Of a DNA stretch of 64,000 nucleotides, positions 36,317 to 47,516 are shown in pieces (the first letter of the stretch is position 1; each line of letters begins with the position of its first letter). The position numbers and the translations under genes were made by a program. The stretch comes from Bilabrum cf. latius (Eukaryota), in NCBI GenBank assembly GCA_965178125.1, contig OZ237753.1, positions 806,001 to 870,000 on the forward strand. The letters run 5' to 3'. The notes beneath the pieces are model-generated. The model had not been told where the DNA came from, did not search any database, and saw only the letters and a program-made list of their open reading frames with translations.

Positions 36317-38339
36317 ATGCGGCATCGAGGGAGAGTTCTTCGGCTTATGGACTTTGCATCCGCTTTTTTGGACCCGTCCAAGGCTAGAAGCAGGCGGCTC
36401 GTAGGAATCGACTACGGGACAACCAAGGTTGGCTTTGCGTTGTCTGACTACGGAAGAGGCACGCTTCGCGACCTTCGATCATTCAGAATCAAGTCGCAAC
36501 GAGGTGAACGTGAGACGACCGCCATGCTAACTTCGCTCGGCCAACAATCGCACTTCCAGCTCACTCTGCCACTAGTGTTTCATGTTAGTTCCCGCAGCGG
36601 CTCACCTGGAAGTCTCAGAGTATCTGCAGCACCTGCTGCAGCACCATGAAGCTAACGGGGTGATTATTGGGTGGCCATTGGATGGCCATCGCCAGCCTAC
36701 GCCGATGTGCTCGTACATATCAGATTTCGTCAGCGTCGCACAGTCCAAAGGGGGTCTCTTGGCTCCGATTGCACTGTGTGACGAGTACGGCAGCACGGTT
36801 GAGGCCAGAGACATGCTGCGTGCGCAGGCGAAGGGGTCTCCGCTCACCTCTCTGGGAAGCGAGCACGGCGACGGGCACTTGCTCGGGGACGTGCTCGCCT
36901 CGCGCAGCACCCCATCTTCGAGGCCATGGGACGGCCGGAAGACTCCGCGGCAGCCTCGATTCACCCCAGAGAGGCAGAAAAAAGCGGACGGTGTCGCCGC
37001 TGCGGTAATCCTGCGGCGGTTCGTGGGCGAGCTGCGCCTGGCGGACCGCTTCCTGGAGGAGCACCGCCAGCAGCGGGTGAGAGATGCCGAGGAGGAGGCA
37101 GCGATGGGTCTGGGAGAGTAGGAGGAGGCAGTGCTGGAGCAGGATGAAATCGAGGAGGAGGGGGAGGAGGAGGAGCGATTGGGGAAGATGCGCTGGAGCA
37201 CAAGAGGGGCACCTTTGCTTGGCGGGTCGGACACGGGAAGAAGCCCCCTCGCCGGTGCCAGTCCACAAGTGGGCGGGTCGGACACGGGAAGAAGCCCCCT
37301 CGCTGGTGCCGGTCCACAGAGGGGCGGGGCTTCCCAGCCGGGCGTGGACGTGCTGGCCGCACTAGGCATCGATGGAGGTTCGCTGGGTAGCGGAGAACGT
37401 TCGCTTGACAGACAGGGCCTGCGCGCTCTCCTGCACGATGCCGCCCGCTCCGATCCGTCGCCCTCCATTGCGCCCGATGCCTCGCGACCGGAGGACCCAG
37501 GGTGGTCGAGCGACGACGCCCCCGAGCACCGGGAGGCCCTGCGCAGGGTACTCTCCAGCGACACGAGCGGGGAACACGGCACCAACGCGGGGTCAGGCGG
37601 GGGTCATGACCCCGAAGACCCCGTGGCGCTGGCGAGGGGCGCCCGCAAGCGGCTGGGCAAGAGGGCGGCCCACGAGCGGAGGAGGCTCATGCGGGCCGCG
37701 AGACAGGCGGGGGCACCAGTGGTGCTGGCGCAGGCGGGGCTCAGTGGACGATCCGGAGCCGAAATGACCTACGCGCAGGCGGCCCAGGACGCGCACGAAA
37801 GCGGGAGCATCGCGAGGGGCGGCCAGTCCGTGCACTCGGAGCCGAATAGTTCCCAGGCACGGCCGGTAAATGATGCAGACGTGGTTGACCTCAAGGGGCG
37901 GGGGAGAGTGGCGGTCGTGGGGGGGGCTCGGCTGCGCGTGCCCTCTGCGAGCGAGAGGAGGATGGAGCGGCTGGCGGGTGCGGCTCGGGTGGTGGTGGCG
38001 TCTGCTGCGGATTCGGCGGTAGGTGGCTCTGAGGCTGGCGCTGGCGGTGGCTCGGGAGATCCCGATCCATCGGGCGGTCGTGCGCAGGCCTGGGTGGAGG
38101 GGCTGCTGGGGAGCGGGGACACGCCCCACGCGCGTGTGCTGGAGGAGGTGCTGCGGAGGGAGTCGGAGCAGTTCCGGTCTAGGCGGGCCGCGAGGCGGGA
38201 GCTGCGGCAGAGGCGGGTGCCGAAGTGGCTGTCTGCGGGGGCCATCCACGGCGAGTTCGAGGAGGGCGAGGACGGGTGGGGCTCGGCGGGTGGGGGAAGG
38301 GGAAGGGGAAGGGGAAGGGGAAGGGGCGGTGCCGATTGA
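36317..38339 (+). CDS. YqgF/RuvX-family (RNase H-fold) nuclease with a long C-terminal extension (exons 36317-36503, 36598-38339; 1 in-frame TAG)
   Basis: LVGIDYGTTKVGFALSD, VIIGWPL, LCDEYGST, ADGVAAAVILRRF are YqgF motifs. 94-nt GT-AG intron 36504-36597; TAG 37119-21; TGA 38337-39. Confidence 0.85.
37221..37322 (+). repeat. 51-bp tandem duplication (two copies of GGSDTGRSPLAGA(S/G)PQx)
   Basis: GGCGGGTCGGACACGGGAAGAAGCCCCCTCGC starts at both 37221 and 37272. Confidence 0.85.
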
Positions 38340-39118
38340 GTGTGTGCATGCTTTGCAGACGGCGGGAGGCTGAACAACTGGGTGCGTCTCGCTGCACATC
38401 AAGCTTCGAACTGTGTGTGTTGCAAGCATGCATGCGACTGCAAAAAAATGGCCTCGGAATAGAATTAGATCTTGGCGTACTCCGAGTCGAAACAGAACTA
38501 TTTTTGCTCGAGATCTTGCTCCACAGAATTCCGTGCAACGCCACGATTAGCAGCAAGAACTTGATTGTGAGAGAATCGTGTTAGGTTGGCGCTGGTGTGT
38601 TGTTTCTGCATCAGTCTTGCCTAAATGACAGAGATTTTGTGTCGCTCATTGCCGGCACCTCAACTAGCGAGACGCCGAATCGATGTGCCACGGCTTCGTC
38701 GCCGCTATATATCCCCTTGGTTTGTGGCATAAAACTGTATTACTCCGTGCTAGCTTCATTGCGGATTCTGTGCTGAGTCTTGTGAAGAGGTATTCTATGC
38801 AGTGGAAATTTGCCGGTGCTGTCGCTGGGCCGTAGTATCGCTGTACTCTTCAATATTAAAACAAACCTAAATTTAGTTGTTAAAGGTTGCAAAGATTTCT
38901 TATGCGTTGGGATGCGCTGGACCACTTTGACATCTCGTATCTGGCCAATGGGCTTCGTCTTCATCATCGCAGACATAGAGCTTGGCAGCATTGCAGGCAC
39001 TCTCAAGGAAGCTACTTGTCTGCATTACAAGCTAGATAATAATTCTGACTGTATCTGACGGCAGTGGGCTTGACAAGAAGAATCAGCTTTGCCCTTCGGT
39101 CTCGACGCGGTGCCAGCC

Positions 39119-42100
39119 ATGGATTCGTAGGAGATTGGTGCAGCTGGCAGTTCATCAGGGTAGTCCACGGCTGACGATGTGATTCATTCAAGTCGAGTCC
39201 CTGCAGCTACTGCCATGATGGCTTTAGACGAGGCTGTGGGCCTGGACACTCACGACACCGACGAAGCGTCAGATGGCCGCGGCCCTGGACATCCTTCCAG
39301 CCCAGGTGAGTCTCATTTGGATGTTGGGTTGGCAGTCTTGCAAATGTATGTGCTTGATTTACGCTGCTTTCGTGTCAAATGCGGCACAATGGCAGAGGCC
39401 GACCTAGTAGCGTGTGGTTTGCCTGCAACTGCGCGGCGCCGGATCCGCAAGGAACTTGTTCCGGCAAAAAAGCGAACACGTTGGGTGGGTCCACACACCC
39501 GGGTCGTGGGTCCCTTGCGATTGTGCGAATTCTCGATTACTGTCCAACCTAGATCATTTGTTTCTAGGACCTTGTGATCCTTACAGAGATAGTTGGATTG
39601 TTCGACCTTGTGAGGATGGTGCTTGAGTGCTGTTGCGGCGTTACGAGAGGGCACTTTTGTCGACCGCGAGTCCATCGAGTCTCGTGTGCGCGGTGCCCAT
39701 ACATGCGGCGTGAAACAGCGTCTTGCTGTTTCTAGACTGTATGTTTTATTGCAAGATATGCAGCATACCCCCTTTTTTTCGTTTATTGGGCTGGGCTGGC
39801 GTCTGACGGAAAGCGAGCACAATCGGGGAATCGCTGGATTTTGCTAGCCTTGTTGCGTGTGCTCGCTCGTTGGACCTATCCCGCAACAGACTCTACTGCA
39901 TATACATGTGGAAGCTTTGGCTTGTATCTTTGCCGTGTCTCTGCTGCTCTAGAATGGCTACACTAGGTGCACCTCGGCGAATCGTCGACATTCAGTGTTC
40001 GCCGGTTCACGCATCCATGTCCCAGCGTGCTCTTTTCGCTTTACCCCATCACAGATTCCACTGACTTGCGCAATTTTAGCGGAGGGGCTTCGCCGGGTGC
40101 TGAACACCAGGATAGGCACAACGCGCCCAGTCCAGCCGCACTCGGAGGAACCCAGGCTCGTCGAAGCGCCTCCCAAGGGCGGTCGACGGCGGCATCTTCT
40201 GCTAGCTCACGTAGCACGTAGATTAGAATTCCTGGAGCTGGATCGATTGCTCTTCGGATCTCGGCCCCGAAGGAAGGGGTTGTATTCAAGGATTCAGAGG
40301 CGTAGCGCGCGTATTAGTCTGCGCAGGCGGGTGGAGGAAACGCAGCACTCCCCCTGACACACGGCCTGATTCCACACAACTCCCCAAAACCTTCGAACTC
40401 TCGAAGTTTGAGCCCGTCTTCGATGGACGGTGACCTAGCAATGATGAACGAGCCGGCTAGCCAAGGACAGGCGGCGGCGCTTGGAAGCAAGCGAGGCCGT
40501 CCAAACGACAGCTCAGCCGGGTTCTAGCCATAGGCACAAAGATATAGGCAAGACGTCAGTGCTGGTGGTAATGGATTTGCAAGTGGTACGAATCCGTACA
40601 TGATGGGGATGTCGGCTGGCATGTCAGCTGCTTTCTAGTCGGGCGGCTTTCCCTAGCATCAGTCTGGAATGATGTCTAGCAGCATGCCGCATGCGAGCAT
40701 GGCAGCATCCGGTGGGTTTGCTGGCGGTATGGCTGCGATGGGCATGCCCGGTGGTGGCATGGGAGGGCCGGCTGATTTGGGCGATCTCCGGATCCGAGTC
40801 CCACCGGGCGGGAGCTCAGGACAGCTAGGGGGCATGCAGTCGATGGGCGCGGGAATGGGCATGGGTGCGGGAATGGGCATGGGTGCGGGAATGGGCATGG
40901 GCATGGGAATGCCAATGTCTGGAAGCATGGGTGGGATGGGAATGCCGAGCAGCAACGGGGCCAGCCACAGTATGGGTGGCGCGGATGGGGGGCTGGTGGG
41001 GGGCCATGCCCCCCCCATGGGGGTCGGCCAGGATGGGACTGTGATGGTCCCCCCGGGGTATGTGGCGGTGGCAGACGGTCGGGGAGGTGTCCAGCTCCTG
41101 CCAGAGTCCCAGGTGATGCAGGGGGGCGGCCACGGCCAGGGGCCCTCGATGGGTGGGCCTGGTGGGGCAGGCGCTGGCACAAGCATGGGCGGGATGGGAA
41201 TGGGGATGGGGATGGGGATGGGAGCCGCGGGATACAGTGGGCCCATGACGGGCATGGGTGGAACAATGAATGGCACGATGGGTATGGGCTCTGGCATGGG
41301 AATGGGAATGGGCATGGGCACTGTCATGGGCATGCACGGGCAAGGAATGCAGGAGGCTTTGCACCCTGGCATGCTGCCCCAGCCGCAAGCCATGGGCGAC
41401 TTCGGCCTCAGCCCTGGAGGCAGCAACGCCGCACTGGAGCTGGCAAGGCAGATGCACCTGGGGAATGCAAACCCGCACGCGCTGGCAGCCGCCATCGCGC
41501 CCACTCCCAAGCCATCAGGCATGGGCATGGCTGTCGGCGGGGGCATGGCCCCAGGAGGGGGGGCGCTGGGCAGCCCGGGGACCATGGGTCTCCCCGGCCC
41601 CAGCGCCACTGCCCAGGAAGCGGTGGCTGGCCTCAACATGCTGCACAGCGCGGGCAGGTAGGAGGCCGCAGCGATGGCCGGGCAAGCTGCGGGAGGGCAG
41701 GGAGGTTCCTCGTTGTCGTCGTCATCCCAGGCTGCGTCGGGAGGCACGAGGAGGACGAGGGGCCGCCGACGGAGCAGTGCAGCAGACCATGCTTTTGCGG
41801 AGGACGAGGACGAGGAGGAGGAGGAGGACGAGGAGGAGTACGCGCCGTCGGGGAGGAGCAGGGGCAGGGGCAGCAGGGGGCGAGGGAGGGGGCGCCGCAA
41901 GTCAGCGACTGGTGGGGCGCGGGGGAGGGGCAGGGGAAGGGGTAGGGGGCGCGCCGCCACCGTGGACCAGGCCGCACCCGTCGTGGGCATTCCTGCTACG
42001 GGCGTAGATGGTGCGCTCCATCAGCAGCCTCAGCCGCGGGGCAGGGATCCAGCTGCTCGTCGGGACCGCCTGGCGGATTCTGCCCAGCTGCAGACAACCG

Positions 42101-43044
42101 AGGAGCTCTTCCAGGTCACGCTTCCAGGGGGCAGGCTGGAGCTGTACTTCCCCGTGCCTCCCGAGTACGTGAGCGTGCCCCCGCCCCACCGTGACGAGCA
42201 GCGGCGGCTGTCGTACGAGAGCACGCTGAAGCTCAAGCAGTGGATGGCGAGGCCTGAGCACTGGGTGTTCCCCTACCCCTCGGACCACACTAAGCGGGAG
42301 CTGTGCGAGCTGTGCAGCATGGACATGACGCAGATCTCCAACTGGTTCCGCAACGAGCGCAAGCGCATTTGGCTGCCTCTCAAGCGCAAGGCAAAGAAGA
42401 GGTGGGACCTGCTGTCCGACCAGGAGCAGGAGAGGCTGCAGAGGCTCAACTACGGGAAAGCGGCCCATTTGGCGAGCAGCCGCCGGCAGGACAACCAGAC
42501 AACGGACCACGTGTGGGGCCGCTCCGAGCTCTCCAGGTCAAAGGCCGCGAGCACGAGCAGCAGGCAGGCAGCCGGGGCCGTGCAGCCCGCCGTGCCTGCC
42601 AGTGCCACCCCCACGCAGTCCGGGACCAGGGTGCCGAGGAGCACGGCCGGCTCCGGCTCCGGCTCCGCCAGCGGGAGGAAGAGGAGGGGCGGCCGGCGCT
42701 CGATAAGCACGCCCAGCGCAGGGACCCAGTCGGACGCGGGTGAGACCCCGCCGCAGGCCCTGGGCAAGGCGGGTGAAGTGGGGGCGGGGGCGAGGGAGGC
42801 TGCGTCGACGGCGGGGGGAGCTGGGGCGGGCCTTGCGGAGGTCAGCAGTGGGTCTGCACCATCCGCCGGTGTTTAGTCCAGCACGCACGGGTCGAGCGAG
42901 CTGGGGGGCGGCTTGGACATGCAGAGGGAGGCCACGCCCACGGACGGGCCCGCCTCGGCGGGCGCTTACGGGGAGCGGAGCAATAAACAGGGAGATGCGT
43001 CTCCATTCGAGCCCGGGCCGGGAGTTAGCGCGCAGAGCATGTGA
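39119..43044 (+). CDS. TALE-class homeodomain transcription factor with a Met/Gly-rich region (exons 39119-39305, 40055-43044; 11 in-frame TAG)
   Basis: Homeodomain RRLSYESTLKLKQWMARPEHWVFPYPSDHTKRELCELCSMDMTQISNWFRNERKRIW (~42202-42375) has the TALE PYP loop. The frame is open from 40055 through TAG only; donor CCAG|GTGAGT (39306) is phase-compatible with acceptor CACAG| (40054). TGA 43042-44. Exon 1 is less certain than the rest. Confidence 0.85.
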
Positions 43045-43395
43045 GTGATCCGGCCAAGCTTTCCCTGGGTTTTATGCACAGATGTGCGCACTAGCGTCGC
43101 GGTGTGCACTGTGAATTGATCGTTGAAAGAGTGGAACTGTCTGCAGACTGCAGAGCTTGGTTAGAAGTAGCGTGCGGAACACTAGACAACCGTTGTGTTT
43201 ACGAGGCAATCATGGTGAAAGTGGGGGCTCCATCCAGCCTTCTCTTGTTTGCGGGGTTCCACTGGCAGGCTAGCGACTCTTGCAGTGCGCCTGTCTACGG
43301 TGTAGATAAAGTACATCCTGCTTCATGATCCCAGAATGATTCTGGATCCCATGAACTCTACATTTATTTGACTCGTCCAGACAGGGCAACATTCT

Positions 43396-46300
43396 TTACG
43401 ACCTGTCCATCCTCGGCTGCCGGGGCGAGAACTCGCTCACTCCGGACACCCCGCTAAAGCTCATGTCGCCGCTGCTGTCCTGCTGCTCACCCGCAGCATC
43501 CCCTCGCCCAATGCCGGGAATGCCTTCTTCGTCCAGATCTCCAACCGCCAAGCGCGGTGTCTGCGCGACGGGCTGTGCACGAGCATGCGAACGATGGCCT
43601 GCAGCAGCGATACCCCCGCCCGACAGCCGGCGAGCCTCCCCACCCGCCGCAGCACCGCCACTCATCTCCATCGCATCGTCCTCGTTCTCATCCTCAGGGT
43701 CATCGTCCTCATCTTCGTCCTCTGACATGTCCATGGACTCATAGTCGTCCTCATCCTCACCCTCCTCTACCTAATGGCCCATCTCGACCCCCCACCCAGC
43801 GCCTCCTAGCGACTCCTCCAGCCCAGAGGCCGCCCCTTGCAGCGCAGACAGGCCAAGCCCAAGGCTGCTCCTGCCCCTTCCGCCTCGCCTGCCCGATCCA
43901 GGGCCAGGTGTCCCAAGTGCCAGGGCTCGAGAGCTTCTGAGCCCCTCCAGAAACGCAGCCTCCTCCTCCTCCTCCTCCTGCCCGCCAGGATTCACACTCT
44001 CGACCTATTTGCTCTCCGAGGCGGACGCGCCCCAAGGACCCGACCGCCGACCACGCACCCCAGGTGTCCGAGCAGGTTCCCCCTGTGCCGCTCCGCCGCC
44101 ACTGATGCTGCCTCCCATGCCGCGGCCCGCAGATTGGTGCGTCCCACTTGCCGCATCACCCACTCTGCTGCTGTCGGCGCTGTCTCCAAACCCAGGAGGC
44201 AGCGGGATGCCACCCCTGCCAGCCCCTGGCCCTGCCCTGCCAGCCCCCGAGGGGGAGGCGTCCCCCATCGACGTCTCGATCTCATCCAGCAGCCTGTGCA
44301 TCCCTGCGGGCGTGTGTGCGTGCGCCCCTCTCGCAACGGACCCTGCTGTTGCTGATGCACCTGCCTCCGTGTTTCTGTCACGGTAAGGCGTGTCTGCTGG
44401 CTGCTTCGCTCGCCCTCGCCCTCGCCCTTCAGGCATCGCGCCAGAACTCCTACCCTGAGCTGTGCCTCTCTTGTCCTCGTGTGCCTGGATCTCCTGCGAT
44501 GCTATCTTGTATAGCACCTCGTCAGTGATGCGCTCTGTGTACGACTCGCCGCTGCCTGCCCCACTGGCCGCCTGCCCGTCCTCCCTGTTGCCGCCCAGTG
44601 ATTCTCGCGCCAAGCTGCTCATGGCCGAGGCCGCTGCTCCACCTCGCCCCCTCCTCGCACCTCCCATCATGCCGGTGCTCCCCAAGAGCGCGCCATCCTC
44701 GCCGAGTGCGAGGGCCGCATCAGCCGCGCTAGCACCCAGCGCCTGCTCCGCCGACCGCAGCGCGCCATCAGCTCCACCTGGCACGGCCACATCGTCGCTA
44801 TCTCCCCCCGCCTCGGCGCTAGGCCCACCTGCACCGCCGCTTGCAAATTCTCCTTCTTCCTTCCCGTCCCCGCCGTGCAGCCGCTGCATTGCACGGTGGA
44901 GCAGCACCCTGGCGAGAGAGCTCGCGGGCGCCAGGGCCACAGCGCCGTGCAGCACCGCAGCCGCGTCCCGTGCCCGTGCCAGCAGCAGCAGCACCAGCCC
45001 AATGGAGCACATGATGCTGGCCCGCTGCTCCGCCTCTCCCTGTCCCGCAGTCGCCCGTCCTCCCCCCTCCCCAGTTCCGGTGGGCGCCCCACGCATGACC
45101 AGAGAGGACGCGGCTCTTCGAGCGGCGAGTGCATCCCCCGCCACCACCATCTCGTCCACAAGCCCGCTGCCCTCCGGCCCGTACCCCAGCTGCATGAGAC
45201 CCGCCGCACCCTCTGACCACGCTCCGTGCCTCTTGACCAGCCCGAGAGCGTGCTGTAACACGATCAGAGAGGCATGCAGCCGACCCGTGCTCCGGAGACA
45301 GTGGCCCGCCAGCACGTAGGTGGGCACCCAAGCAGACCGCAACCTGGGAGACAGGGGGTCGATGAGCCCTAGCGCGACCCGTGCGTGCGCAAGGGCCTGC
45401 CTCGGCCTCCCGTGCCTGTATGCCAGCGCGGCAGACTCGTGGTGGCAGGCGGGATCCATGGGGCCCATGCGGCGCGCTCGCTGCAGCAGCAGTGCGGCCA
45501 GCCCGTCGGACCTCACGGCCGAGGCCTCCTTGGCCAGCGCAAGCAGGGGCACGTGCCACTGGGGCGCCAGTCGGCTGGCTGCCCTGTACGATGCCTGCGC
45601 CTGCTCTGACTCGCCCCCCACACTGAGCGCATGCCCCAGCAAGACCCACGCCCGCGCCCTCGACCCGTCCTCCCTGAGACTGTCCCGCAGGCTACAGGCT
45701 GCCAGCGAGGACTCCCCCGAGACCAGGTAGTACAGCCCGATGGTCTCGTGAGTCAGAGGGTCCGATGGGGTCATCCGGCCCTTGAGCACCGCAAGGCCGT
45801 GCAGCTGGTCTGTCCTGGCCCCCGCCGCCAGCGCCTCTGCGTAGACCTGCGTCCCTTCCCTGTGCAGGGGGTCCTCACGCAGAGCAGCCTCCGCATGCTG
45901 TGCCGCCCTCCCTGCGTCCATCACCTCCAGGGCGTACTGTGCCAGGAGGGCCCGCACGGGGGGACAGGCCCGCAGCATACCGCCCTCGATCTCAGACAGG
46001 GCCTCGACAGCCTCGATCCCGTGGCCTGTGGCCCGGCCCGCGTGCAGCACCGCCTCCGTGTAGTGGGCCATGGGCCTCGGGATGGCTGGAAATGGCCCCC
46101 GATGCGCTGCACCTGTGCCTCCTACGAGAGGCGGGGACGCCAACGACCCCGCTGGGTCCGCTGCCCTGGCTGCAGATGCAGGCGTGCGATCCATCATTCC
46201 TCCCGCCGCCGCAGAGCGAGGGGCGGGCGATTGCCACGACGAAGCAGCCTCGCCGTGCTGCTCGCCGCCAGCGTGCCCTGCCTGTCTCTACCCCTCCAGC

Positions 46301-47301
46301 GCACCCTGGCCCTCCTGGCTAACCTGGCTCTGGTCTTGTTCCCCAAGTACCCCGTGGACCGGAATGCCCGCCGCGATAAAGGCTGCCTTTGCCACCGCGC
46401 TCGCCTCCCCGGGCTCGAGCAGGTGCCCCTGTGCGAGCAGCTGGGCGCTCTCGAGGTGCGATGGATCCACAGCCAGTGCCGCCCTCAGCCACGCAGAGGC
46501 GCCCTCCGAGTCGCCCCTCTTGCCCAGCGCCTGCCCTTGCAAGTGGCACAGGGCGGCGACGTTCGAGCGGGGCGTTCCTCTCGTCTGCGCGTGTTGGGCG
46601 TCTCGAGCAAGTGCTTCGAGCGCCCAGGCGAGCACCAATGCGCTCGCGCACGCCGCCCTGCATATCTCCAGCTTCTCGTCCTCGTCGTCATTCTGGGATT
46701 CGTTAGCGCCTATCTTATTGACTGTATTTTTGCTACCGCTGTCAGATGACTGCATGGCCTCTTGCTCGGCATCCCCAGCCTTCTGCGGCGCTGCCACGCT
46801 TCCGCTGGATGCAAGAACACTGCTCGAGGAGCAAATCGCCCTCGCGCTTGGCGTCGATTTACCGAGTACTTGGCCTGGAGTCAGTGCTTCAATGCCGTGA
46901 AAGCCGGCCAGACGGCGCAACTCCACCGCAGCATCATCTTGAGAGTACAGCAGCTCACCCTCGTCACGGCCGCCGACCTGCAACACCGATTGGCTTGCCT
47001 CTAGCAACTCCCCCCAGCGTCCTTGGCGCTCCATACATCTGCACAGTAGCACGCGGGCCTCGATTCCGACCGGTGTCGTCTCTGTTAAGCCGGCCTCTTC
47101 CGGTGCGTTCTCAAGCCGGTGCACTGCTCTGGCGTATTCACCCCGCGCTCGCAGCGCTCGGGCCAATACCATCACATCACACGCATTCTAGCCAGACAAT
47201 GAACATGCAAACTCGGCGTAAGACACAGCGGCATCATCACGCCCGCACTGCGCACACTCCGCTGCTAGCCTCCGAAACTGCACCAAAGAGGCAGAATCCA
47301 T
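43396..47301 (-). CDS. CDC16: Anaphase-promoting complex subunit 6 (CDC16/Cut9)-like TPR protein with long insertions (~1301 aa; 4 in-frame TAG)
   Basis: N-terminus ...DVMVLARALRARGEYARAVHRL; IGLYYL; AWVLLGHALSVGGESEQAQASYRAASRLAPQWHVPLLAL; DPACHHE; LAGHCLR all follow the CDC16 TPR pattern. TAG 47188, 46288, 44005, 43771; ends in TAA 43396-98. Confidence 0.8.
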
Positions 47302-47516
47302 TCGCTTCTTTAATCTATCAGGGTGGATATCGACTATTTACTTGCGATTATATGACAAAATAATGAACTAAAGCGGAAAATATTGCGGTAGGCACCCTTT
47401 TGTTGCAATCTGAGCAACGGCATGGAATACTCGTCACACTCAAACCAAAAGCATTGCATGGTAATGCAGTTCGCAAGATCCAACCCGCTGCTTCATTCTC
47501 ACAGAACCTGCTGGCA

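Noticed and set aside
36317-37121. RNase H-fold ORF as a transposase or mobile element
   Set aside because: The motifs match YqgF, it has a spliceosomal intron, and no terminal repeats or target-site duplications were seen.
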